Shown here piece by piece: positions 29,235-37,977 of a stretch of 64,000 nt of DNA. The position numbers were made by a program, and so were the translations under genes. The stretch is from Candidatus Latescibacterota bacterium (GTDB lineage Bacteria; Latescibacterota; UBA2968; UBA8231). The notes below the pieces were generated by a model. It saw nothing but the letters and a program-made list of their open reading frames with translations, had not been told where the DNA came from and ran no database searches. Position 1 is the stretch's first letter. The number at the start of each line of letters is the position of its first letter. Where the stretch lies: contig OZ252098.1 of the NCBI GenBank assembly GCA_965248355.1, forward strand, positions 2,016,001 through 2,080,000, given 5' to 3'.

Positions 29235-32042
29235 TCAGTGGGCGTCCAGCCAGGTCTCGCCGGTGCCCATTTCCACCACGATGGGAACGTCCATGGGAAT
29301 CGCTTCCTTCATCTCCCGGGCCACGACCTCCCGCACCTCCTCCTCCTCGTCGCGGTAGAGGTCGAAGAGCAGCTCGTCGTGCACCTGCAACAGCATCCTC
29401 GTCTTCCAGCCTCGCTCCACCTGCTGATGGTGGATGGCCACCATGGCGCGCTTGATCATGTCCGCCGCCGTGCCCTGGATCGGCGAGTTGATGGCGTTGC
29501 GCTCGGCGGCGGCGCGCACGGGCCGGTTGCGCGAGTGGATGTCCTTGAGATAGCGGCGGCGGCCGAGGAGGGTCTCCACGTACCCGTGCTCGCGGCAGAA
29601 CTCGATCGTCTCGTCCATGTAGCGGCGCACGCCGGGGTACTCGTCGAAGTACTGCTCGATGAACTGCTGCCCCAGCTTGCGCGGCAGGCCCAGCCGCTCG
29701 GACAGGCCGAAGGCGGAGATGCCGTAGATGATGCCGAAGTTCACCGTCTTCGCCTGGCGCCGCATCTCGTCGTCGACCATCTCCGGGGGCACCCCCCAGA
29801 TGCGCGAGGCCGTCACCGCGTGGATGTCCTCCCGCTCGCGGAAGGCCCGGTTCATGCGCTCGTCGCCGCAGATCTGGGCGATGATGCGCAGCTCGATCTG
29901 CGAGTAGTCGGCGGCCAGCAGGGTGTACTCCGGCCCGCCCGGCACGAAGGCCTTGCGGATCTCGCGCCCCTGCTCGGTGCGGATGGGGATGTTCTGGAGA
30001 TTCGGGCCGCTCGACTGCATGCGGCCGGTGGCGGCCACGGCCTGCTCGTAGTGGGTGTGGACGCGTCCGGTGCCGGGGAAGATCGCCCCCGGCAGCATGT
30101 CGAGGTAGGTCGACTTCAGCTTGGTGCACAGCCGGTGCTCGAGGATCCTGGCGGCGATCTCGTGCTCGTGGGAGAGGCGCGTGAGCACCATCTCGTCGGT
30201 CTTGTACTGCTTCGACTTCGAGGTGCGGCGGGCGTTGGGATCGAGCTGCAGCTTCTCGAAGAGGATGTTGCCGAGCTGCTGGGGCGAGTTGAGGTTGAAG
30301 GGCTCGCCCGCCAGCTCCTCGATGCGCCGCGCCGAGGACTCGATACGGGCCGCCAATTCGTCGGAGATCGTCTTGAGGATGGCGGGATCGACGCGGATGC
30401 CGGCGTGCTCCATGGCCGCCAGCACCGGGATCAGCGGCGCCTCGGCCTCCTCGTAGACCCGTTTCTGCCCCGACTCATCCAGCATGGGCTCCAGCTTGCG
30501 GCTCAGCTGCAGGGCCACGTCGGCGTCCTCCACGGCGTACGCGGTGAGCTCCTCGAGGGGCACGTCGCGCATGCTGCGCTGATCTTCGCCGCGCTCGCCG
30601 ATCAGGTCGGTGATGGGCACCGGCTTGTACCCGAGCAGAGCCTGCGACAGGTAGTCGAGAGAGCGGCGCAGGTCGGGCACGGCGAGGAAGGCGGCCACCA
30701 TGGTGTCGAAGAGATGGCCCCGGACCTCGATGCCGTGCCAGCGCAGGGCCACCAGGTCGAACTTGAGGTTGTGGCCGATCTTGGCCACCGACGGATCCTC
30801 GAGAACGGACCGCAGCTCCTCGAGGACGGCGCGGCCTTCCTCCTCGTCCTGCGGGAAGGGGACGTAGGCGCCCGCATGAGGGGTGTGGCTCACCGCCAGG
30901 CCGAGCAGCTCGCAGGTGCGCGGGTTGAGGCTCGTGGTCTCCAGATCGAGGGCGAAGGCGCCGGCCTGCCGCAGCTCGGCGATCAGGGCGGCGCGGCCGG
31001 CGGTGTCCTCGACGGTCCGGTAGTCGTGGTCCACGTCGGCGATGGAGCGGACCTCGTGGGGCTCCTCGACGCCGGCCATCATCCGCTGCACGCCGGCCTC
31101 GAAGTCGTCGCCGAAGAGGCGCTTGCCGAGAGCGTTGAACTCCAGCTCCGAGAACAGGCCGGTGAGGACCCTGTCGTCGGCGGGGCCCCGCTTGAGAGCC
31201 TCGATCTCCAGCTCCAAGGGCACCTCGGTCTCGATGGTCACCAGCCGCTTGGAGAGCAGGGCCTGGTCGGCGTGCTCCTGCAGGACCTGGCGGCGCTTGC
31301 CCTTGATCTCCTGCACGCGGTCGAGGAGCTGCTCCACGGTGCCGAAGTCGGCCACCAGCTTCTGGGCCGTCTTCTCGCCGATACCGGGCACGCCGGGCAC
31401 GTTGTCGATGGCGTCGCCCATGAGCCCGAAGAGGTCGGGGATCTGCTCGACGCGCTCGATCTTCCACTTGGCCCGCACCTCCTCCTCGCCCAGCAGCTCC
31501 GGGGGCCGGCCGGAACGGCCCGGGCGGTAGAGCAGGGTCCGGGGCGAGACGAGCTGGGCGAAGTCCTTGTCGGGGGTGACCATGTAGGTCGTCATGCCCG
31601 CCGTCTCGGCGCGGCGCGCCAGGGTCCCGATGACGTCGTCGGCCTCCCAGCCGTCGACGCGCACCACGGGGATGTTGAACCCCTCGAGGACGCGGAAGAC
31701 GTAGGGCATGGCCGTGCCCAGATCCTCGGGCATGCTCTCCCGCTGGGCCTTGTACTCGGCGAACTCCTCGTGCCGGTAGGTGGGCTCGCCGGTGTCGAAG
31801 ACGGCCGCCAGGTGGGTGGGCTCGAAGCGCTCCAGAAGCTCCAGCAGGGTGTTGGTGAAGACTAAGGGCGCCGAGGTGTTCATCCCCCGGGAGTTGGTCA
31901 CCGGGTTGTTGATGAGCGCGAAGTGGGCGCGGTAGGCCAGGGCGAGACCGTCGAGGAGGCAGAGCACCTTGCGGTCCTCGAGGTCGAGCTCGCCCGTGCG
32001 GCCGAGGGCACGGTTGGCGGCGTCGGTGGGAGCGGTCGTCAT
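29235..32042 (-). CDS. polA: DNA polymerase I
   Basis: 5'-exo (EADDVIGT, TPDKD), 3'-exo (DLET, HNLKFD, YAVED), pol motifs DYSQIELR, KTVNFGIIYG, QVHDE. Confidence 0.98.
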   Translation of the reverse strand: MTTAPTDAANRALGRTGELDLEDRKVLCLLDGLALAYRAHFALINNPVTNSRGMNTSAPLVFTNTLLELLERFEPTHLAAVFDTGEPTYRHEEFAEYKAQRESMPEDLGTAMPYVFRVLEGFNIPVVRVDGWEADDVIGTLARRAETAGMTTYMVTPDKDFAQLVSPRTLLYRPGRSGRPPELLGEEEVRAKWKIERVEQIPDLFGLMGDAIDNVPGVPGIGEKTAQKLVADFGTVEQLLDRVQEIKGKRRQVLQEHADQALLSKRLVTIETEVPLELEIEALKRGPADDRVLTGLFSELEFNALGKRLFGDDFEAGVQRMMAGVEEPHEVRSIADVDHDYRTVEDTAGRAALIAELRQAGAFALDLETTSLNPRTCELLGLAVSHTPHAGAYVPFPQDEEEGRAVLEELRSVLEDPSVAKIGHNLKFDLVALRWHGIEVRGHLFDTMVAAFLAVPDLRRSLDYLSQALLGYKPVPITDLIGERGEDQRSMRDVPLEELTAYAVEDADVALQLSRKLEPMLDESGQKRVYEEAEAPLIPVLAAMEHAGIRVDPAILKTISDELAARIESSARRIEELAGEPFNLNSPQQLGNILFEKLQLDPNARRTSKSKQYKTDEMVLTRLSHEHEIAARILEHRLCTKLKSTYLDMLPGAIFPGTGRVHTHYEQAVAATGRMQSSGPNLQNIPIRTEQGREIRKAFVPGGPEYTLLAADYSQIELRIIAQICGDERMNRAFREREDIHAVTASRIWGVPPEMVDDEMRRQAKTVNFGIIYGISAFGLSERLGLPRKLGQQFIEQYFDEYPGVRRYMDETIEFCREHGYVETLLGRRRYLKDIHSRNRPVRAAAERNAINSPIQGTAADMIKRAMVAIHHQQVERGWKTRMLLQVHDELLFDLYRDEEEEVREVVAREMKEAIPMDVPIVVEMGTGETWLDAH

Positions 32043-32125
32043 GGAAACGCACCAACCTAACGGGCCCCGGAGACCTCATCAAGCGTCTTGCCGCCCGCCG
32101 GGAGGGCCCCTTGGTTTGCCGCCCC

Positions 32126-32989
32126 ATGAGAAAGAGACCCCCCGATCCCACCGCCCTCGGCCGCGCCTTCCGCCGGCGCCTGCGCCGCGCCGGCGCCGGG
32201 GGGCCGCCGGTCCTCGGCTGCATGGTCTCCGAGTACCTGCGGCCCTCGCTGGCCACGCTGCTGGCCGAGGCCGGGTACGACTTCGTCTTCGTCGAGACCG
32301 AGCACGCCTTCCTGCAGACCCCGGAGCTGGCCGGCTTCGTGCACGCCGCCCGCGGCCTCGGCCTGCCGGCCATCGCCAAGACCGGCCTCGACCGCGGCGA
32401 GGTGACCCGCCTCCTCGATGCCGGTCTGTGCGGCCTGCAGCTGCCGCGCACCGAGTCGCCCGAGCAGCTCGCCGAGCTGGCCGAGTACGCCCTCTTTCCG
32501 CCGAAGGGCTCCCGCGCCGGGGCCCCGGGATACGTCAACACCGACTACCGCGTCCCCGAGGACCACGGCGCCTGGCTGCGGCGGGCCAACCAGTCCATCA
32601 GTCTCGTGGCCCACATCGAGACGGCCGAGGGCTTGCGCAACGCCGCCGCCATCGCCGCCAGCCCCCACGTGGAGGTGGTCTACGTGGGCCCCTGCGACTT
32701 CTCCATCGCCATGGGACGTCCCGGCGACTACGACCACCCCGACGTGACCGGCCCCATGAGACGCATCCTGCGGTCGTGCCGCGAGCGCGCCCTCTGCTTC
32801 GGGACCACGGCCTCGGGTCCGGCGGCGGCCCGGGACTGGATCCGCCGCGGCGCCGGGTTCTTCGAGATGAGCAGCGAGCTGGAGCTGTTGGCGCGGGCGG
32901 CGCGGGCCGAGGTGGAGGCCTACGGGGGAAGCCTGATCTCCTCTCCCGGATCGAGCAACAGACGAGAAAACCCCTTCGCCATTCGGTAA
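32126..32989 (+). CDS. HpcH/HpaI aldolase family protein
   Basis: GYDFVFVETEH, FPPKGSR, HIET.EG..N, VGPCDFS. Confidence 0.88.
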   Translation: MRKRPPDPTALGRAFRRRLRRAGAGGPPVLGCMVSEYLRPSLATLLAEAGYDFVFVETEHAFLQTPELAGFVHAARGLGLPAIAKTGLDRGEVTRLLDAGLCGLQLPRTESPEQLAELAEYALFPPKGSRAGAPGYVNTDYRVPEDHGAWLRRANQSISLVAHIETAEGLRNAAAIAASPHVEVVYVGPCDFSIAMGRPGDYDHPDVTGPMRRILRSCRERALCFGTTASGPAAARDWIRRGAGFFEMSSELELLARAARAEVEAYGGSLISSPGSSNRRENPFAIR

Positions 32990-33158
32990 GGGCCAGCAGA
33001 CGAGACCCCGCCCTTGGTGCCGCGAGGCAACGATGCGGGAGGACAACTGGTTCTCCGGCACCATCAGCGGACGTCGCCGGATCAGCAAGACAGCGCTCGT
33101 CAGCAGACAACGCTCGCCGACGACAAGCCGGGCCGCGACGTGCTGCTCGTCAAGTGAA

Positions 33159-34643
33159 TCAGTATTGGCGATCTACGCTTCGTCCAGGAAATGGCCCCGG
33201 CGTGTAGCTGAATAGATCACCGGTTCCCCCCGGCAAACGGATCGTCAGTGCGCCCCCGATCACTTCGACGGTCTCGACGTTGCCGCTGAGGCGGTTCAGG
33301 CGATAGAGCTTGCTCACCTGGGGTTTGAACCTGACAGTGAAGGTCAGCTCGAAGTCTTCCGCGGTGCCGCCCTTGTCGTGCCAAAGGTTGGTCAGCATGA
33401 AGTAGCGCTCTCCTCGATCATCGGTGAAAAACCCCAGCAGGCCATCCTTGTATTCACCGGGCGATTCGACTACCACATCGGTGATTTGATGATCGTTGCC
33501 TGCACCGTAGGACCAGGCTGTGGCCCCCCTTGGGGTCGGGTTGGCCACACGCGAGGAGCCTTCGTCGTGCTGGCCCTTCACAAAGCGCACATCGGTGCTG
33601 GTGAGAAAGCGAAGTGCCGTACCGAGATTTGCCACCTCGATATTGGCTTGGGCCGCATGGTGATACAGGCGATTCGGCTGACCGTTTGTTTCAATGAGAC
33701 CGCGCTCAAATGCAATGTCGTAAGTGAAATAGGCGATGCCCGTGTAGCCATAGGTCAACGGTGTGAAGAGCTGGAATCGAATGTCTGATTCACTGGGCAG
33801 GCGTCGATGCCATCCGTTGTGTGTTTCGAATGACTGGATGAAGAGCCAGTAGGGCATGCCCTGTTCTTGGGCCTCGTGTCGGACGACTTCCAGCACGTTG
33901 AAATAGCTCTCTGAATGGACCCAGCCGTCCACGTCTTCCAGGTCGCCGAGCGGGTAGACATCCACCATCAGGACATCGGGATCGATGATGGCGGCGAAGT
34001 CGTCGATGTATCGCTCGTAATCGGGTCCGAGCAGCATCTCGCCTTCGGGCCTGGCATTGCAGTAGGCGAGCGCTTCGGGGTGGAGCTGCCGCAGCCATTT
34101 GAGCATGTGCCGGGTGTACCGCATGTAGGTGGAGAGCACGGCCTCGTCATTCACGAGCCATCCGATGCATCCCGGATTGCTGATCAGGTTCCGGATGTAA
34201 GCACGGTTTTCTTCACTGTCCAGTTCACCCAGCGCTTCGCGCAGCGACTGTTCGTTGGAGTCTTCGCGGTTGGTCTGCTCGTCGCCCCAACGTTCGAGGT
34301 TGACATGGTAGGGCAGTCGGTTCGCAGATGCGATGGGCAGTATCTCGTCGAATGTGCTCGGCTCCCACGCGAGGAGTGCGCTCATGTTGGCTTCGCGGTA
34401 CTGATCAGCATCAAAGGGCTTGGGTGTCATCCGGGTCAGCCCCATGATGGTGAAGGGATGGCTGCGCACCCAGCGATGCCCGCGATGCATCGTGGGCGGG
34501 CCGGCCGGTGAGAGCGTTTCCGAGGTGAATCCGCGCGGTGATTGGTGCCGGTTGCCGCTCACGGCTTGGCCGCAGGCCATCGACATGCCCAACAAAGAGC
34601 ATCCCATCAGACCGTGAAGCACGATATGCGATTTCCCACGCAT
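33159..34643 (-). CDS. Hypothetical exported (lipo)protein, possible glycoside-hydrolase-like TIM barrel; lower GC
   Basis: Signal/lipobox-like SMAC; GWLVNDEA, DVLMVDVYP, PYWLFIQ, GIAYFTY, LPGGTGDLF; AT-richer codon usage. Confidence 0.65.
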   Translation of the reverse strand: MRGKSHIVLHGLMGCSLLGMSMACGQAVSGNRHQSPRGFTSETLSPAGPPTMHRGHRWVRSHPFTIMGLTRMTPKPFDADQYREANMSALLAWEPSTFDEILPIASANRLPYHVNLERWGDEQTNREDSNEQSLREALGELDSEENRAYIRNLISNPGCIGWLVNDEAVLSTYMRYTRHMLKWLRQLHPEALAYCNARPEGEMLLGPDYERYIDDFAAIIDPDVLMVDVYPLGDLEDVDGWVHSESYFNVLEVVRHEAQEQGMPYWLFIQSFETHNGWHRRLPSESDIRFQLFTPLTYGYTGIAYFTYDIAFERGLIETNGQPNRLYHHAAQANIEVANLGTALRFLTSTDVRFVKGQHDEGSSRVANPTPRGATAWSYGAGNDHQITDVVVESPGEYKDGLLGFFTDDRGERYFMLTNLWHDKGGTAEDFELTFTVRFKPQVSKLYRLNRLSGNVETVEVIGGALTIRLPGGTGDLFSYTPGPFPGRSVDRQY

Positions 34644-34716
34644 GCGATCTTCCTTTCAGGGAGGGCTGCCCAGCCCACCGGGCCATCATTTTGATGTCTT
34701 AGGGGCTGCGCAGAAA

Positions 34717-34848
34717 TCAGTCGGATTGTCCCGAGGTTGCATGAGACCTGCGGAGCTTGGAGCCGCGGGCATCGTCCGAGAACGTCGGAGCCGCTACGAA
34801 TTCTTCCAGGAGCAGCAGGTCCACGTCACGCTCTGAAACCCCGGGCAT
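34717..34848 (-). pseudogene. Truncated gene start resembling PD-(D/E)XK nuclease-family proteins
   Basis: GAGG SD then MPGVSERDVDLLLLEEF, only 43 aa before stop. Confidence 0.35.
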
Positions 34849-34911
34849 GTCGACCTCTTCGAGACCCTGGTGGAATCGCCCGATCTTACGCGATCGCTGT
34901 ATCGTTCAGCC

Positions 34912-35925
34912 CTACCCCATCCCCTGCCACTGGAAGATGACGCCGAGCATGCCCTTCTCCCGGCGGTAGATCATCTCGTAGGCCTCGGCCATGCGCGCAT
35001 ACGGCAGCCGGTGGGTGATCAGCCGGCTCGGCGCCAGGCCGCGTTTCATCAGGGACAGCGTGTGCTCGCAGGCGCGCACCGCGTCGAAGCGGTCGCCCTC
35101 GGCCGCCGGGAAGAGATAGCCGCCGCGCCCCGAGACGGCCACGAGGGCGATCCCCTTGTTGTAGAACCGCTCCATGCCCACGGGGTTGAAGTCGAGGGGC
35201 TCCTCGCCCCGGCCCGGCAGGGCGACGACGGAGACGCGGCCGTTGTCGCGCACCACATCGCAGGCCGTGCGCCAGGCCGGCCAGGGGTTGGCGGTGAGGA
35301 TCACCAGGTCGATGCCGGCGCCGCCGGTGAACTCGTCGAGGCGCGCCTCCAGGTCCGGATCGTCGGACAGCCAGGCTGCCTCGGCCCCCATGTCGGTCGC
35401 CATGCGCAGGCGGGCCGGGTGGTTGCCCAGACCGACGACCCGCGCCCCGAAGAACGGACCGAGGGCCACCGCCCCCAGGCCGAGCACGCCGAGGCCGACG
35501 ACGGCCACGTTCTCCCCCGGCGTGAACCAGGCCTTGCGGTAGCAGTGGGAGCTCAGGGTGTAGAGGTGGGCCCACACGGCGTCCTCCGGGTCGACGCCCT
35601 CGGGCACGCGAACGACGCTGGCGGCCTCGTCGACGACGTACTCCGACTGGTGCGGGGCCCGCGTCACCACCCGGTCCCCTACTTGGATGCGCGTCACCTC
35701 GGAACCGGCGGCGCGCACCACCCCCAGGTTGCTGTCCCCGACCCAGCGCGGGTAGTCGGGCGCCCCGGGCACGCGCTCGGCGCCCTCGTAGTTGCCGCGG
35801 TCGGTGCCGATCTTCAGCGCCGAGATCTCGGTCTCCACGTGGATCTGCGTGGGTCCGAGGTCCGTATCCAGAGGCTGCTCCTCGATGCGCAGGTCCCGGG
35901 GACCGTGCAGCACGGCGATCTTCAT
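34912..35925 (-). CDS. Medium-chain (zinc-binding type) dehydrogenase
   Basis: GroES-like N-terminus, VAVVGLGVLG Rossmann, LITHRLP. Confidence 0.85.
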   Translation of the reverse strand: MKIAVLHGPRDLRIEEQPLDTDLGPTQIHVETEISALKIGTDRGNYEGAERVPGAPDYPRWVGDSNLGVVRAAGSEVTRIQVGDRVVTRAPHQSEYVVDEAASVVRVPEGVDPEDAVWAHLYTLSSHCYRKAWFTPGENVAVVGLGVLGLGAVALGPFFGARVVGLGNHPARLRMATDMGAEAAWLSDDPDLEARLDEFTGGAGIDLVILTANPWPAWRTACDVVRDNGRVSVVALPGRGEEPLDFNPVGMERFYNKGIALVAVSGRGGYLFPAAEGDRFDAVRACEHTLSLMKRGLAPSRLITHRLPYARMAEAYEMIYRREKGMLGVIFQWQGMG

Positions 35926-35956
35926 GTGTCGTGACTCCCTGTTCGAGGCCAGCGGC

Positions 35957-37084
35957 TCAGCGCGGATCCCCCGTCCGCCACCGGTGCTTCTCCACGCCCT
36001 CCATGTCCAGCTCCACCCCGAGGCCCGGCCGCCGGGGCACCACGATGCGCCCCTCCACCACCTGCAGGGGCTCGTCGATGACCTCGTCGCGCCAGTCGAT
36101 GCCGGTGACGAACTCCATGGGCGCGGCGTTGGGGATCGACAACATCACGTGGGCCGCCGCCAGGATGCCCACGGGCCCCTTGGTGTTGTGGAAGGAGATG
36201 GGCACGTGGAAGGTGTCGGCCATGGCGGCGATCTTCCTCGCCTCGGTGATGCCGCCCGAGTACATCAGGTCGGGCTGGGCGATGTCGATGCCCTCCATTT
36301 CCAGGAGCCGGCGGAACTGGCTCTTGGTGTTGAGCCGCTCCGAGCCCATGACCGGGATCGAGATCTCCCGGCGGATCTTCGGGTACGCCGTCAGGTCGTC
36401 GGGCGCCACCGGGTCCTCGTAGGCGAACAGGTCCAGGTGCTCGAGGCGCCGGGCCAGGCGGATCGAGTTGGCCACGGTGAAGCGGCCGTGGCAGTCGATG
36501 AAGAGCTTCACGTCGGGGCCCACGGCCTCGCGCACGGCCTCGAAGTGGGCGGCCGTCTCCTCCGGGTGGCCGTCGTCGAGGTAGGTGTCCCAGTCGAGGC
36601 CGGCGGCGTCCCGCCAGCAGGCGCCTCCCTTGAGCGCGAAATACCCCTCTTCCTGCTTGGCCCTGGCCATCTCCGCCGCCGCCTCCGGGGTGGCGCCGCC
36701 GAAGTGGGTGTACACGTCCACCGCCTCGCGGAAGGCCCCGCCGAGCAGCTCGTACACGGGCAGACCCGCCACCTTGCCCTTGATGTCCCACAGGGCGATG
36801 TCGATGCCGGCCATGGCGCTCATCCACACGGGGCCGGCCATGCGCCAGATGCCGCTCACCGAGGAGCGGCGGTAGATGTGGTGCCACAGGTACTCGATGC
36901 GCGCCGGGTCGTGGCCGACCAGCTCCTGCTTCAGGTGGTCCACGGCGGCGCAGACCACGGGCTCCTTTTGGGAGTAGGTGGCCTCGCCCAGCCCGGTGAC
37001 CCCCTCGTCGGTGTGGACCCGCACGATCGTCCACTTGCGGCCCGGGGAGTCGATCATCAGGGTGTCGATGTCGGTGATCTTCAT
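35957..37084 (-). CDS. Mandelate racemase/muconate lactonizing enzyme family (galactonate-dehydratase-like)
   Basis: VHTDEGVTGLGE, GIDIALWDIKGK..GLPVYELLGG, DCHG, YEDP, SER, QPD, FHN. Confidence 0.92.
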   Translation of the reverse strand: MKITDIDTLMIDSPGRKWTIVRVHTDEGVTGLGEATYSQKEPVVCAAVDHLKQELVGHDPARIEYLWHHIYRRSSVSGIWRMAGPVWMSAMAGIDIALWDIKGKVAGLPVYELLGGAFREAVDVYTHFGGATPEAAAEMARAKQEEGYFALKGGACWRDAAGLDWDTYLDDGHPEETAAHFEAVREAVGPDVKLFIDCHGRFTVANSIRLARRLEHLDLFAYEDPVAPDDLTAYPKIRREISIPVMGSERLNTKSQFRRLLEMEGIDIAQPDLMYSGGITEARKIAAMADTFHVPISFHNTKGPVGILAAAHVMLSIPNAAPMEFVTGIDWRDEVIDEPLQVVEGRIVVPRRPGLGVELDMEGVEKHRWRTGDPR

Positions 37085-37782
37085 CGCAGGGCCTCGCAGG
37101 CGTCGACGAACTCCGCCGAGGTGGTGGTGTAGCCGATGAGATGCTCGAAGTTGCGCAGCACGATCTTGTTGAGCCAGCCGCCCTCGGGGATCGACTCGTC
37201 GATGGTGTCGGGGAACTCGATCTCGGCGCCGTTGGAGGCGTCCCGCAGCAGCACGACCCGGTAGTTGCGGCCCACGGCCTCGGCGCAGGTGTAGTGCATG
37301 CAGGCGCGGCGGCTGTAGCCGACGACGATGAGGGTGCGCGTGCCCCAGCTGCGCAGGTGCTGGTCGAGGAAGGTGTCGTGGAAGCCGCTCCAGATCCACT
37401 TGGGGAAGTTCGGCTCGCCCTCGCGCGGAGCCACGCAGTCCAGGTAGCGCGGCGCGAAGCCGGGGCCCATCTCCCGCCACGGCTGGAGCCCGTCGCGGCC
37501 CTCGCCGTACTTGGTCTTGCCCCAGAACTCGCCGACGATGTTGCCGGGGTCGGCGACCAGGCGCAGGTCGTTGTGCACGTAGGCGACGCGCAGACCCACG
37601 CCCCGGGCCGCCTCCAGGGCCGGGGCGATGCGGTTCTCGGTGACCGGGTTGGGCGAGGTGCCGTCCACGTCGACGAGCAGGAAGGTGCACTCGGCCAGCG
37701 GCAGGGACAGGGTCTCGTACCCGTAGTCGTAGCCGCCGGGGAAGTCCTTGTAATAGCGGACGGGGATGTCGATGGCGGCCAC
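37081..37782 (-). CDS. Isochorismatase/cysteine hydrolase family protein
   Basis: LLVD, PK..WSGFHDT.LD..LR, GY...AC..YT, YRVVLLRDA. Confidence 0.82.
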   Translation of the reverse strand: MAAIDIPVRYYKDFPGGYDYGYETLSLPLAECTFLLVDVDGTSPNPVTENRIAPALEAARGVGLRVAYVHNDLRLVADPGNIVGEFWGKTKYGEGRDGLQPWREMGPGFAPRYLDCVAPREGEPNFPKWIWSGFHDTFLDQHLRSWGTRTLIVVGYSRRACMHYTCAEAVGRNYRVVLLRDASNGAEIEFPDTIDESIPEGGWLNKIVLRNFEHLIGYTTTSAEFVDACEALR

Positions 37783-37977
37783 GGGTCGCCTCCGGTCGGG
37801 TCAGGGCCGCCTACACTAGCGGCCTCCCGGTCCGGCGGCAACACTTCCGGCTGCCGGCCCGGGACCGGCCCCCCCGGCTTGCCACGCCGCCCGGAGGGCC
37901 GTTACGTGGCGGTCTGGCCGTCGACCGGCGGCCTCGGCGCCGCTCTCCCGGCGCCTCCCCCAACCATCGCCCGGAGA

